Source of the DNA: Malacoraja senta
Lineage: Eukaryota
Reading direction: 5' to 3'
NCBI GenBank assembly: GCA_038087875.1
Contig: CM075991.1
Span: forward strand, 10,294,001-10,358,000
Length of the DNA: 64,000 nucleotides
Shown piece by piece: positions 1 through 12,500 of the stretch. The number at the start of each line of letters is the position of its first letter. Within the stretch, counting starts at the first letter, position 1. The notes below the pieces were generated by a model. It worked only from the letters and a program-made list of their open reading frames with translations. It had not been told where the DNA came from and did not search any database. The position numbers and the translations under genes were made by a program.

Positions 1-2561
1 CACACACTGTAGACAATGCAAATGACTCTACAATGCAGGACTAATTTCTTCGTAGCAGCTGCAGATTAAAAAAAATACTTCTGGAACCCAAAATGGCTAG
101 TTCTGCATCTTATCTTCAAAGCCCAGCGCTTATTAGCAGTGTGTCAGGTCAGAACTATTGAAATTTCCAATGGTTCAATATATTTCTCTCAGTAAACGCT
201 TTCTGCAAACGTGTGACTATCATCGTTCCGTGCAGACCCATTTCTAGAATGATCTCGTTTAAGCAAAGATCAAACAAATTCTATATGGAATAATTACAGC
301 CCAAAAAACAAGTGCTTGAACTTGGCCAATGCAAGAGGGTGGCAAAACTGGACAGAATTTATTCAGCTGAAGAGAGACGATCTAACATACTGTTGCAAGA
401 CGCCATTTCAGGACAGCGAAACAATGACCTACCCCCTCCACCGTCAACTCTTCTTTCCACTTGACAAGATAATTTTACTGCGCGTTGACCATCTGTGCTT
501 CTGCTAAGAGTCAACATTCTGTGCCAGCCTGATCAGCCTGTTGGTACTTGACAAAAATCACTAACTCCCTGGGCTTATTTCTGCACGAGACTGTTATTCG
601 CTTTCCTCTTCTCCGTTCTGCCATCACTAGATACCATAGGTGGTGCTTGCTGCCCAGGAATAAGCTAAGAGTCAATACTCTGAGGAATAAATGAGGGGAT
701 TAAATCGAGAAGAAAATCGTCCCACATTAAAGAGTATTGGTCCAAGTGCGAATTTTTATTTTCACAAAACAAATTGGTTCAATTTAATTAACTACACTAA
801 CTGATGATACATTAAAGCAATGATATCAAGGACAGCAGACAGCGCTTGCTTTGACGATATCAACTGAGAGAATGGCCATTTTTGCATGTTAAAGGCATGA
901 TTTGCAGTAATACGGCTGGGAGCTGCAATTCATTAGTTACACCACTATCCACTAATGGGCACAATCAGTGCAGCAGCATACTTCGATATTGAAAAAGGAG
1001 ATCTCAACCTAATTTAACCACTCGGTTGTGTCTCTTTGATTTAATGGGCTCTATACCTTATTCCAACATAAAATGCATTGGAGCTTTGATGATGAGCCTC
1101 ATTAAAGCGCATCGCAATGGACAAACAGAAAATGTGCGACAAGGGATTGGAGTATAATGAGGTAAATGTTCAGTGTTCAGGGTAATGAAAACCATCAGTA
1201 TTGTATGTTTAAGTGGTAAGATCATGAATTCCTGAGAGTGGGATTTAATTTGAAGTGCTGAAATCCAACATTGAGTAAGTGGCGAGTGGCTTTATCACAG
1301 CACGGCACAAGTGACAGCGAAAGGATTTGGGCCATTGTGCACACCCAGAAGCTGCAGCAGTTTGAACGGTTAAAGCTGAATGAAGAAAACAGCAGCAAAC
1401 ACTGGTAAACAACCTGCTCTTTGCCCAATGGGGGAGAGCTTGTAAGATTACTTGGGAGCTGAACAATAAAAGAATCCCAGCCCTCAGCAAGGCTTCCTTA
1501 CTGAAAACAAGAATACACTGGCTTGGAAATCACAAAGGGGGTTGATTTGGTCCCTGCACGGCAACAGTCCTGCGTATCTTATTACATCTGACTGCAAAAA
1601 GATCGCTACCTTCCCCAACCCTTCCCTCTCCCCCTCGACAAACGAGCCGCCTCTGACATGGTGGATATTGACCAACATCTTAATGCAGCTAGTTTAACCC
1701 AAGTGGAACAGAATAATCGAATGCCCTGAGGGATGAATCAATCACTCCTCTACGTAACCAGAGTGTTTTCAATCTGCTGATTTTAAACAGCCTGCAATAA
1801 CCAAGCACCTGGTAACAAAAAGAAACAGCAAGGTATACATTTTAGAGGAATCAAAATGATTTAATGGAGGTGATTAACAGCGGCTTTCTTCTGAGCAATA
1901 CATTCAGTGCAGGAGACAGTATTTTCTGACGACAACCACTGTGAGATGCTGCATGATGTCATTCAGCTTTAATAACAAGGACAGTACAATCACCCTCTGG
2001 AGGTTTTTTACCCTGCGATGAAGCCGTAACAATGATCTTCCACATGAGGGATGCGATTAATAATCTTTAGTGTGTGAAGTAATTCTGATCAGTCCTATCA
2101 TTGACTATGACCACTTTAAAATAATTCTGGGGCACAGTACGTATTCCTATTTTTCAACACCCATTATTCAGTAGGTGATCACTGATGCAGAATATGAATC
2201 GCAGTCCAAATTAACTTTTCATTCTGCAATAAAACAGCCAAATAATTTCCTCTATTTCTCCTGCAAATTAGATAACTCGTTCTGCAAAGCTGGCATTTAA
2301 ATGAATAATGTGATTTTGATACTTGTTTTAACTCACATTCACATGACAGATAGTAACAGACTGCATGATCAGACGTTTCCTTTAGGTCTTTCCCTCTCCC
2401 TCTCCCCACCCCCACCCCTTCCCACCTTTAAAGAAAGATCATGAACTGAACACACAATAAATCAAAATAAAAGGTAGATGCTGAAAATCTAAAATTTAAA
2501 CAGAAAACATTGGAAACATCCAGCAAGGCAGGCGGCATCTGTGGGAAGAGAAACAGAGTTA

Positions 2562-2889
2562 TGGGCCTGTCCCACTTGGCGATTTTTAGGCAACTGCCGG
2601 CGACTGTCACAGTCGTAGCAGGTCATCGAAAAACCTGCGACAACCTACGTCATCTTGGCGACAACATACGACAGCACCAACGTCAGGAGAAGTCAAGGTA
2701 CGCTCATTGGCGTCAAACCCACTGTCGCCGAAATTTTTTTCAACATGTTGAAAATTTAGCGGGGACCGGAAAGACGCTACGACTTTTTGCGCGACTGAGG
2801 AGACTACTCCCGGCGACCACCGGCAAACATGTGGCGACAAACTAGTCGCCTGTAGTTACCTAAAAAATCTCCTAAGTGGGACAGGCCCA
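2562..2889. mobile_element. PIF/Harbinger-like MITE
   Basis: TIRs TGGGCCTGTCCCACTT / AAGTGGGACAGGCCCA, TTA on both flanks, CpG-rich non-coding interior. Confidence 0.85.
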
Positions 2890-3003
2890 TTAAGGCTTTA
2901 GATCAACAAAGTGTCTTCAACCACATACATAAACTATTTTTTTGTCATAAATGTGGCCTGCCCTGCTGAATGGTTCTGGCATTGTCTGTTTTAAATACAT
3001 TAA

Positions 3004-3248
3004 AGGGCCTGCCCCACTTTCACGACAAATTATTGCATCCCGACCATTTATTTACTCGCGGACATTTTTTAACAGGCTGGAAAAACATCCCGACTTACCT
3101 GATGCCACGAGTACCCACGACTAGCATAACGAGCCGCTACGATATATCTATGAACTCCTACGGACTCGTTACGAACATTCTGCGAGTTTGAATCAGGGGA
3201 AAACTCGGGAAAATTCGTGAATTACCTCGTGAAAGTGGGACAGGCCCT
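3004..3248. mobile_element. PIF/Harbinger-like MITE
   Basis: Same TIR family; TAA/TTA flanks; interior shared, in opposite orientation, with 63792-63974. Confidence 0.85.
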
Positions 3249-3359
3249 TTACTCTTTTTCTCTCATCAAAGACCTGTCCTGCGTAAGCGACATTCTCATT
3301 TTTAAAAATTCATCAGGGGTTAACAGTGATTGAATGAAAGCACCCTGTTTTATTTTAGT

Positions 3360-3912
3360 CGAGTTGTTGAGTTTAGTTTATTGTCACCGAGGTATAGCAA
3401 AAAGTTTTTGTTGTGTGCTAACCAGTCTGCGGAGAGATAATACATGATTACAATCGAGCCAGTAGACAATAGGTGCAGGAGTAGGCCATTCGGCCCTTCG
3501 ATCCAGCACCGCCATTCAATGTGATCATGGCTGATCATCCCCAATCAGTACCCCGTTCCTGCCTTCTCCCCATATCCCCTGACTCCACTATTTTTAAGAG
3601 CCCTATCTAGCTCTCTCTTGAAAGCATCCAGAGAACCTGCCTCCACCGCCCTCTGAGCCATCTACAGTGTACAGATACATGATTAAGGAAAATAACGTGA
3701 AAAACTTTTAGTGCAAGGTAAAGTCTCATAACATTCGATCAAAGATAGTCTGAGGGTCTCCAATGAGGTAGATAATAGTTTAGGACTGCTCTCCAGTTGT
3801 GGTAGAATGGTTCAGTTGCCTGATAACCGGAAGAAACGGTCCCTGAACCTGGAGGTGTACGTTTTCACACTTCCATACGATTTTCCCGATGGGAGAGGGG
3901 AGAAGAGGGAGT
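3360..3912 (-). mobile_element. Rex1/Babar LINE 3' fragment with nested CR1 end
   Basis: LFSPLPSGKSYGSVKTYTSRFRDRFF..IRQLN, then GTGACAATAAA tail; CR1 insert flanked by GAGCCA repeats. Related 3' UTR at ~63635-64000. Confidence 0.75.
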
Positions 3913-4068
3913 TCAGTCCACCAACACGTTCATTGTAATAGCTCTGCGCATCAAATCAAGACCACTGATCACCTTCCCCGGACAACACATAACCACCAAT
4001 GCCTCTCCATTGCAGCAATTGCAGTGGTTAGTTAGTTTTAAAGATCTAAATTTGTTTTTAAAAGTCTA

Positions 4069-4242
<174 letters not shown>

Positions 4243-5047
4243 TTAAGTATTATAGTTCTTATACTTTTTTAAATCCCAGAGGCATGTTTTCATGATATAA
4301 CATTTTAGAAAGAATTTGAAAGAATATATAATTCTTCAGCTAAGTTCCAACTTGAACTCTTTGTTTATCTAATGTTAGGCACACAAGTGTTTTGCGTAGA
4401 AAAATGTCCTCATCACCGTGACTCATTCTGTAAATATACCAAGCCGCATTTTCACTCCAAATGCACTCACACGACTAAAAGGCATTAATGCCCGTTTGCT
4501 CCTTCTTGTTCTTAAATAAAGGCTTATAAATTAATTATCTCCAGTCGTGCAGTTAAAAATATCTTTACAGGATTCTCCAGTGTTGATTTGGCTCCACTAA
4601 CATGAGAAAGTCCAAGTGTTTTTGATGGCAAACATTTACATGTACAGAAAGCAATGTGAGCGACAATTGTTTTGCTGTTATTATTTTGCCGCTCCCAGCA
4701 GTTGGCTGTGCAATAACCTGCGATGGGGCTTCATTGCTTTAAGAAACACTCCCCGTTGTATTCTGGCAGCAAGAAGCAAGGAATATCAGTTGTCATGGAA
4801 GAGAAAAAGAATAAAAAGGGAGAACGTATCAAACATCACAGTCAGGGACATTTAAACCCTGGTGGAGGAGGTCAATACTGGAGGGATAGACAATAGACAA
4901 AAGGTGCAGGAGTTGGCCATTTGGCCCTTCAAGCCAGCGTCGCCATTCACTGTGATCGGGTCTGATCATCCACAATCAGTACCCAGTTACTGCCTGTTCC
5001 CCATATCCCTTGACTCCGCTATCTTACTTCACTGGTCACTGCCTGCC

Positions 5048-5431
5048 CTTCTCCGTGGATTGTCACCTTGTCGTGGTGGAGATGCTTTTGTGGTCCTGAG
5101 ATCCTGAGAGCGATGCCAACTATGCTCCTGGTAGGGTCGAGGGGGAGGTCTCTGACAAAGAGCAATCCAACCAAGACCTCAACTGTGGAACAGGCGGAGG
5201 ATGATGACTGACTTTAGTGGAGCGTCACAACGGCTGGGAAGGCGGATGAAGGCTGCAACAGAAAAGGGTCCCCAGTCGTCTTGGACTCCATGCCATTGGA
5301 TCCTGACCCAGATCTGTCAAGGACTGTGTAGTAGCTGACTGTGCAGAAGACTCCCCACGTTAAACAAAGTCACGCACAGGCGTCCTCCATGAGAGGACAG
5401 TCATACTGGTTTCGAGTGACCACTGATGATG
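5048..5431 (+). mobile_element. Non-autonomous RTE-derived (bipartite) retroelement
   Basis: Starts with RTE/Expander-like 5'UTR (GTCACCTTGTCGTGGTGGAG..CCTGGTAGGGTC..TGACAAAG), ends (TGA)3; 10-bp TSD ACTGCCTGCC (5038-5047, 5432-5441). Confidence 0.72.
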
Positions 5432-6009
5432 ACTGCCTGCCATTCTGAAGTATGCTTTGTGCCCTGTGGTTCAGAAGCCATTGAAGAACATAAGCTATTC
5501 CAGAACAGCCACATTTTTTTTTAAAGCACCGTCAGAATCCCAGCCAAATTTCCCAATAGTTTGGTGGAATGGAAAAATACACTTTGTTGCACTTCCCACT
5601 GATGCAGATAATGCCTGCTCAGTTAGCTTGTGTATGGAGATCAGATGAGGGCAGTTATGGACCTTGGTCACTATGTCTTCAACAACTGAACCATCAGCAG
5701 GCATAGCACACCTAGAGTTAGAGATCATCAGGATATATCAGTAGAATAGCAGAACCCATGCTTTTGAATCATGTTACCACTCAGAAAGGCTGAAAATTCA
5801 AAAGTACATTGACTGTTTGAGAGATTTTTTAAAATCATTTTGTGCATTTCCAAAGCAGCACGTGTCAATGGAAAAAGAATATATGGAACCATTGGAGATA
5901 TTAAGAGATTGATAATTGCTTTAAGCACACATTCATGCTCACAGGCACCATGCACACAGAAGAGAGACATTTTCAAGGAACTCATTGTGTGTACGCAGAG
6001 TAAAACAAA

Positions 6010-6242
6010 GTAAACATAGAAAATAGGTGCAGGAGTAGGCCATTCGGCCCTTCGAGCCTGCACTGCCATTCAATATGATCATGGCTGATCATCCAACTCA
6101 GTATCCCGTACCTGCCTTCTCTCCATACCCCCTGATCCCTTTAGCCACAAGGGCCACATCTAACTCCCTCTTAAATATAGCCAATGAACTGGCCTCAACT
6201 ACCTTCTGTGGCAGAGAATTCCAGAGATTCACCACTCTCTGT
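6010..6242 (-). mobile_element. CR1 LINE 3' end
   Basis: Near-identical reverse complement of 39610-39840. Related pieces at ~3463-3655, 8930-9293, 22805-23022, 28630-28898, 45550-45830, 49480-49900 and 55257-55610. Confidence 0.88.
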
Positions 6243-6288
6243 GCGTACAACAACACAAAGGTTTCCTGGGAGACTTGAGCATAAAGTT

Positions 6289-6393
6289 AAAAGGTAGACA
6301 AAAGTGCTGGAGAAACTCAGCGGGTGCGGCAGCATCTATGGAGCGAAGGAAATAGGCAACGTTTCGGGCCGAAACCCTTCTTCAGACTACTCC
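6289..6393 (-). mobile_element. Solo Penelope pLTR fragment with hammerhead core
   Basis: 16-bp TSD ACTTGAGCATAAAGTT (6273-6288, 6394-6409); core CTGAAGAAGGGTTTCGGCCCGAAACGTT on minus. Confidence 0.82.
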
Positions 6394-8120
6394 ACTTGAG
6401 CATAAAGTTCTTGCATAAAGTTATACAAACTTAAATTTATCAAAATCTATCAAAACTTAAGTTTGACTTTTCAGAATTACTTTGACTAAAACAAAAAATC
6501 ACAACTCTTTTGATGAAGAGAGATGTTGATGCTTTTAAATCTATACGTTGCTTCACTGAATCATGAACATATTTAACAAACTAGTAAAGCATGTATCTGC
6601 AAGTACATAACATTGAGGGTCTGTTCAGCTCTGAAGTTGTGACAATGACCAAGGTTCTTTATTGTCCATCCGGTGACTTGGGTAAACGAGCTGCGCATTT
6701 TCCACTGCCGAGAGCATTAATTTGCTCTTTTCGTTTTTTCGAGAAAATGCCATCTGTTAAGCATATTTTTGCAAAGGAGCAATTTAATCTGATTCAAATC
6801 CTTCGTATAGATTTAATCTGTCCTTCGTGCAACTTGTGGCCTATGCCACCTGCATTTAGATTTCATAAAATGCAATGCATCAAGCATAAGTTATTTCAGA
6901 AATTCCAATTGCATTATAAAACAAGGCTGTAAAACATGGAAATCCTCAAAAAACCCATTGAGTTATTTATAATACTGACACAATCAGATGCAACAAAACT
7001 TGTATTGACAGAACACTTTTAATATGGTAAAAAGTTCACGGTGCTATTTAGAGCCATCACAGAAGTTTGGAGCCCAAACCATAGAAGGAGAAATTAAAGC
7101 TTCTAACCCAAAGCTTGCTCAAATAATTTGATTTTAAGGAAACTTCTGAGAGATTTGGGGAGCTTTGGTAGTTTGGACTCCAGGCCGTTGATGGAATGAA
7201 AAATATCAGGGAGGAATTTTCATCACTTCACTGAAGTCATGTTCCTGATGGAAGATATCTGGATGTTGGCTAAGTGCAAAGTATTCATTTTAGTATTCCT
7301 GCTATTTTGCTATCAGCACCTGAGTTTCAGGTATCGACACCAAGTGCTGGCGTAGCTCAGCAGATCAGGCGGCATCTCTGGAGAACATGAATAGGTGATG
7401 TTTCAGATTGAGACCCATCTTCAGACTCATGTGCCTCTCTCATTTACCACATTCTCAGTTCATATTAATTATGTCAACAGAATGCTTTCTCTTTTTTTTA
7501 ATACATTATACATTAAGTTAGATTATTTTGGCTTTTTAAATTGTTCCTCATTTCCAAAACTTTAGTCACCCTTTTCTTTGCTAATTCACCAAGTCCACGC
7601 CAGGGTAGTTTTAATTGTGCTGTTATTTCTTTACTTTTTCACGGTATACATTTTATAGATTATTTAGCATTATTTTATAAAAGGACATGAATAATTATTT
7701 TACTCGCACGTTTTCTATTTCAGCGAATATTGCCAATTTTTACAACTTTTATCCTCACTTGAATAAAAATGGGAAGAAATGTTCATTCCAATTTATTACC
7801 TTGGCCTTCGACATACATAACTTCTTAATCTATCAATGTTCCCAGTTTATACACAAACTATCTCAGTCTTGATAGCCTGCCATTACTCATTCCCATTTTC
7901 CCTGACTAATCTTTCTTTCCAATCCATCAATTTGAGGTGACACCTCAAATCAATAAAAATGACTCACTTCCCATTACATATTTTCACCTTTTGATTTTTC
8001 TTTGTCTCTTTACTTAACCAGCTCAATCCCAATTCAGATACCTTCCTACTGTAGCAACATCTAGTTGCCTGATTTTCTTCCCCAGAACCAGATTCTGCAC
8101 TGTTGAAATGTGTGAACTTA

Positions 8121-8748
8121 AGGGCCTGTCCCACTTGAGCCGTCACTTCCGCGACAGGCCGGTAGTGACGGTCGCACGACGGTCCCACGAGAGTCGCGCG
8201 CGTCATCATGCGCCCGCACAGCCGTCTGGAGCGCGTGACGTCATTTGAAGATGGACACAAAATGCAGGGGTAACTCAGCGGGACCGGCAGCATCTCTCGA
8301 GAGAAGGAATGAATGATGTTTCGGGTCGAGTCTTCAGTCTGAAAGAAGGGTCTTGATCCGAAACGTCATCCATTCCTTCTCTCCAGAGATGCTGCCGGTC
8401 CCGCTGAGTTACTCCTGCATTTTGTGTCTATCTTCAATTTTCTTGGCCCTGCTCTGGGAGTAGGAGTGGGGGCGGATCCGGATCTGCAACGGCCGTGAGC
8501 CCCAGGCCGAGTTCGACGATCGTTTGCCTGCTTCTGCTGCTGTTGGAGGTGAGACGTCGCGTCGCGCCAGGGTCTTGGGCCTGTCCCACTTTGGCCGTCA
8601 GTTACGCGACAGGCCGGTGGCGTGCGAAGATTTCGTGCAGGATGAAGTCCACACTCCTCCACACCACTCCATGCGCCCATCCCCGCGCTACCCACACGCT
8701 AGCAGGCCGTGCAAATGGTGTGCGAAAGACAGCTGTGGGACAGGCCCT
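8121..8748. mobile_element. PIF/Harbinger-like MITE containing an inverted Penelope pLTR pair and an internal TIR copy
   Basis: AGGGCCTGTCCCACTT ... TGTGGGACAGGCCCT with TTA/TAA flanks; extra TIR at ~8576-8592; pLTR palindrome at ~8244-8437. Confidence 0.8.
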
Positions 8749-10689
8749 TAAGAATTGATTTTTAAAAATTGTTACACCACAGTTTATATCACAGAAGTAT
8801 TCAAAAATGTAAAAGATTAGGGTCGGGTAGGACAGAGAAATTTCTGACTAAGCAGCTACTAAAATTACAAGAGTCATCCAACAAGGAAGAAGCCGTTCAA
8901 CCCAACATGTCTATGCTATCCAAGGTATCCATCAAAGCCTGGATAGAGTGGATGTGGAGAAGATGTTTCCACTTGTGGGAGAGTCTAAGACCAGGAGCTA
9001 TAGCCTCAGAATTTAAAAAAAACATACCTTTAAAAAGATGAGGAAGAATTTCTTTAGTCAGAGGGTGGTGAACCTATGGAATTCATTGCCACAGACGGAT
9101 GTGGAGGCCAAGTCGATCTTTATTTTTAAGGCAGAGATTGACAGATTCTTGAGTAGTATAGGTGTCAGGGGTTAAGGGAAGAAGACAGGAGAATGGGGTT
9201 GAGAGGGAAAGATAGATCAACCATGAGTGAATGATAGAGTAGACTTGATGGGTCAAATGGCCTAATTCTGCTCCTCTAACTGTGAACTTATGAAAGCCAG
9301 TCCCATTTGCCCGCTTTTGACCCATATCTCTCGAAATCTTTTTTGTCCATGTATCGGTTCAAATATCTTTTCAATGTTGTTTTAAAATTTAAGTGATTTT
9401 GAATACAGCAAGAAACATCTTTCAGATGGCTGAGGGAACAGAGCTCACTTGTAGGTTTGGAAGAAAATGTGGAAAGCGTGTCAACAATCAAGATCAGATT
9501 AGATAAGCAAGGGATAGAAAAGTGGGTGATGGGAGATGGGAAAATGGTGGGTGATGCTACAATGATAAGATATGCAGAACTTCAATGTTAACACAGCATG
9601 ATTCGATCGAATAAACTGTTCAATTGCTTCTCTGTTTTACCACCAGATATCACCGGTTACTGTGCAAAATAGTCATTGAAGTAAAAGCAAAAAGAATTGT
9701 GTTTTCCAGTTTCAGTCAATAATTCAAGCATCAGAACAGCAACTAAAGTACAAAGTAAATTAAGATCTTAATCTGTACAAATAATAAAACACCGGGATTT
9801 AATAACAAAAGAATGCAAGATAGATCAAGTCAGGCCTGTATGAAGAAGTCAATGGGCAGTATATGTAAATCCTCTGAGATATAAAGCACTTTTCTCTACA
9901 TGGGCCCTCCTGATGCAGTTACTTCATTCTGAATCAGATGACAAGTAATTTAAGAAAAGGATATCTAACACTTACATCATTACCACATATGTCCACAGAA
10001 ACAAAGGAAAATGCTTCATCTCTGGGGAAAAGCAGATCGTGAATGCAGAGCAACACAGCTGAACTCCATAATCTAGCTACTTCACCTAAACTAACGTCGA
10101 TGGATAATTTAAAAGCATTGTTTCACCCTTTGTTAGCCCGAATCATTTATAAACCATAAGTTACTGTATATCATGTGTACAAGGCAATCTAAATCATAAC
10201 TGGTATAATCTTCTGGGAAAATTAGCTTCCTCACATAGACCATTAATAAGGCACATTTTTATTCTGAAGGTAGGTTTTTGATCCATTGTGTGGAAACAAC
10301 ATTAAGATTTCATGCCGATTGCATCACAGTAAGAAGATTTAATACATCAACTTATACACACTGACTTTGAGATTAATGTTTCCTGCATTTATAGCTTTCA
10401 ATGAGGCACAACTATTTCACAAAGGCCATGCATCCTTTGGCCTGCCTAGGTTCATTTCTATGCATCCTAGCTCCTGCTCATTAATAAATGAACATGGTTG
10501 AGTTTATTTTGGTAAACCCTATTTACATCTTGCATGGTTTTGTCTGATTATGACCCACACAAAAACATTAAGAAGAAAATTAATGTTTTCTTTGGGGGAT
10601 GAATTTCCTGACTTCAAGCAGTCTGGGAAAGTGTTTCATTCCTCAATAACATCTAAAATCAACGTTATCAAGTTCATTTCTAATACCAA

Positions 10690-11400
10690 CAAAGTTAGCC
10701 TTGCCCAATTCAGAATTGTAACTTGCCTTGTCTACATTCATAACTATTTTAAAGCTGATAGAACTGTCGTCATTGGTCCCAAAACCCTTTCCCACCGACA
10801 GTTCAGTCACTTGCCCTTCCAAATTTCCGAAGAGTACATCAAGCTTTGTCCTGCCCTTGTCGGGCCCTCAACATATTACCCAACATAGTCCCAACACATA
10901 TGACCATTTCCAACCCTTCTACGCCCTTGACCGTCCCAGTCTATATTGGGAAAGTTAAAATCCTCTACCATCACAACCTTATTAGTCCTGCAGCTGCCTG
11001 CAATCTCCTGACAGGTTTGTTCTTTTAATTTCCATTGACTATTTGGGAGCCTATAGCCCACTCCAACAACGTGATCATCCCTTTTATATTTTTCAGCTCC
11101 AATCTGCAGCACCTGTACCCTGGAACATAAAGATGCTTGGCCTGTCCCTCTGTTAGCCAGGTTTCCATTATGGCTACAACATCACAGTCACACGTACCTA
11201 TCCACCCGAGTGAATCCACCTTGCCCATCAAGTCTCTCCCATTAAAATAAATGCAATTCAATCCAACCATCCTTCCTCGCTTCATGCCATACTCCTGCCT
11301 ATTCTATCCACTGAACTTTCTTGCATCACCTTCCATACAGACTTTCAGCCTCTCACCTGCCTCAGTGCTACATTGGACCCGACCCCCCTGTCAATCATGT
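10690..11400 (-). mobile_element. Degenerate CR1 ORF2 5' part (AP endonuclease)
   Basis: GLNCIYFNGRDLMGKVDSL..DVVAIMETWL..VPGYRC and VVMVEDFNFPNIDW motifs in broken frames. Confidence 0.8.
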
Positions 11401-11879
11401 TTAGTCCTTGGCATAAATGGAGTAAGCCCGCCATCTCCACCTCAGTAGTCTCCATAAATAATGAATATCCAAGATAGATACAAGATACAAGATACATTTA
11501 TTTGTCACATGTACCAATTGGTACAGTGAAATGTGTGGTCGCCATACAGCCATACGAATAATAGAGCACAGAACACGATAGTCTTTAACACAGACATCCC
11601 CACACAGCTGGATCAAAGTTTCCCACCGTGAGGGAAGGCTCCAAAATTCACAAAATCCATAACACAAAGTAAGATTCCTCCTGACCAAGACTAAGCAATA
11701 GATACTAGATTTAGCAATACCTATAAAACACGGTCAAGAAAAAACGTGCGCTGATTTTCATCTGCCTCCCTCGGAGTTGATAAATTAGTGCTCCACATAT
11801 TCAACATAAATTGGAGAAACGCCAAGGGTGGTATCAGTGTTTGTTATCTCCATCCTTTGGTGTATCACTGCATCAAGTA

Positions 11880-12183
11880 TAGTGACACAGCGGTAGAGTT
11901 TCTGCCTCACAGTACCAGAGACCCGGGTTCGATCTTGGCTATGGCTGCTGTCTGTGTGGAGTTTGTACGTTCCCCCTGCGTGGGTTTTCTCTGGGTGCTC
12001 CGGTTTCCTCCCACATTCCATCGACGTGCAGGTTTGTAGGTTAACTGGCTGCTGCAAATTGCCCCCAGTGTGTGGGACTTGAACGTGAGATGACACGGAA
12101 CTAGTGTGCGCGTGACCAATGCTCGGTGTGGACTCGGTGGGCTGAAGGGCCTCTTTCCGTGCTGTATCTCTAAACTAAACTAA
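11880..12183 (+). mobile_element. HE1-like V-SINE
   Basis: tRNA-like head (GGTTCGATC), V domain GGGTGCTCCGGTTTCCTCCCACA, CR1-type tail and (TAAAC)n. Confidence 0.85.
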
Positions 12184-12500
12184 TGGGGCTGTCCCACTGT
12201 ACGAGCTAATTCAAGAGTTCTCCCGAGTTTCCCCCGATTCGAACTCGGAGAATTACGGTAATAGCCGCTCGTAGGTACTCGGGGCTCTCGTGGACATTTT
12301 TCAACATGTTGAAAAATCTTCACGAATCTTCCCAAGCTTACCGCAATTCCCGAGTACCTGCCGTTAGCCTTACGAGCCGCTAAGAGACATCCTGAGCTCC
12401 GACGTACCCGCTACGTTCATTTTACGTGCTTACCACGAGTTTTATTTTTTTTTAAACTCGGGAGAGCTCTTGAATTAGCTCGTACAGTGGGACAGGGCCA
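12184..12500. mobile_element. PIF/Harbinger-like MITE
   Basis: About 47-bp imperfect TIRs, TAA on both flanks; inserted at the (TAAAC)n tail of a V-SINE. Confidence 0.85.

Noticed and set aside
1414..1500. 87-nt phase-2 exon candidate in intron 9
   Set aside because: Good acceptor but poor donor (GTTGTT); it would interrupt the MYST domain and is not exon 10.
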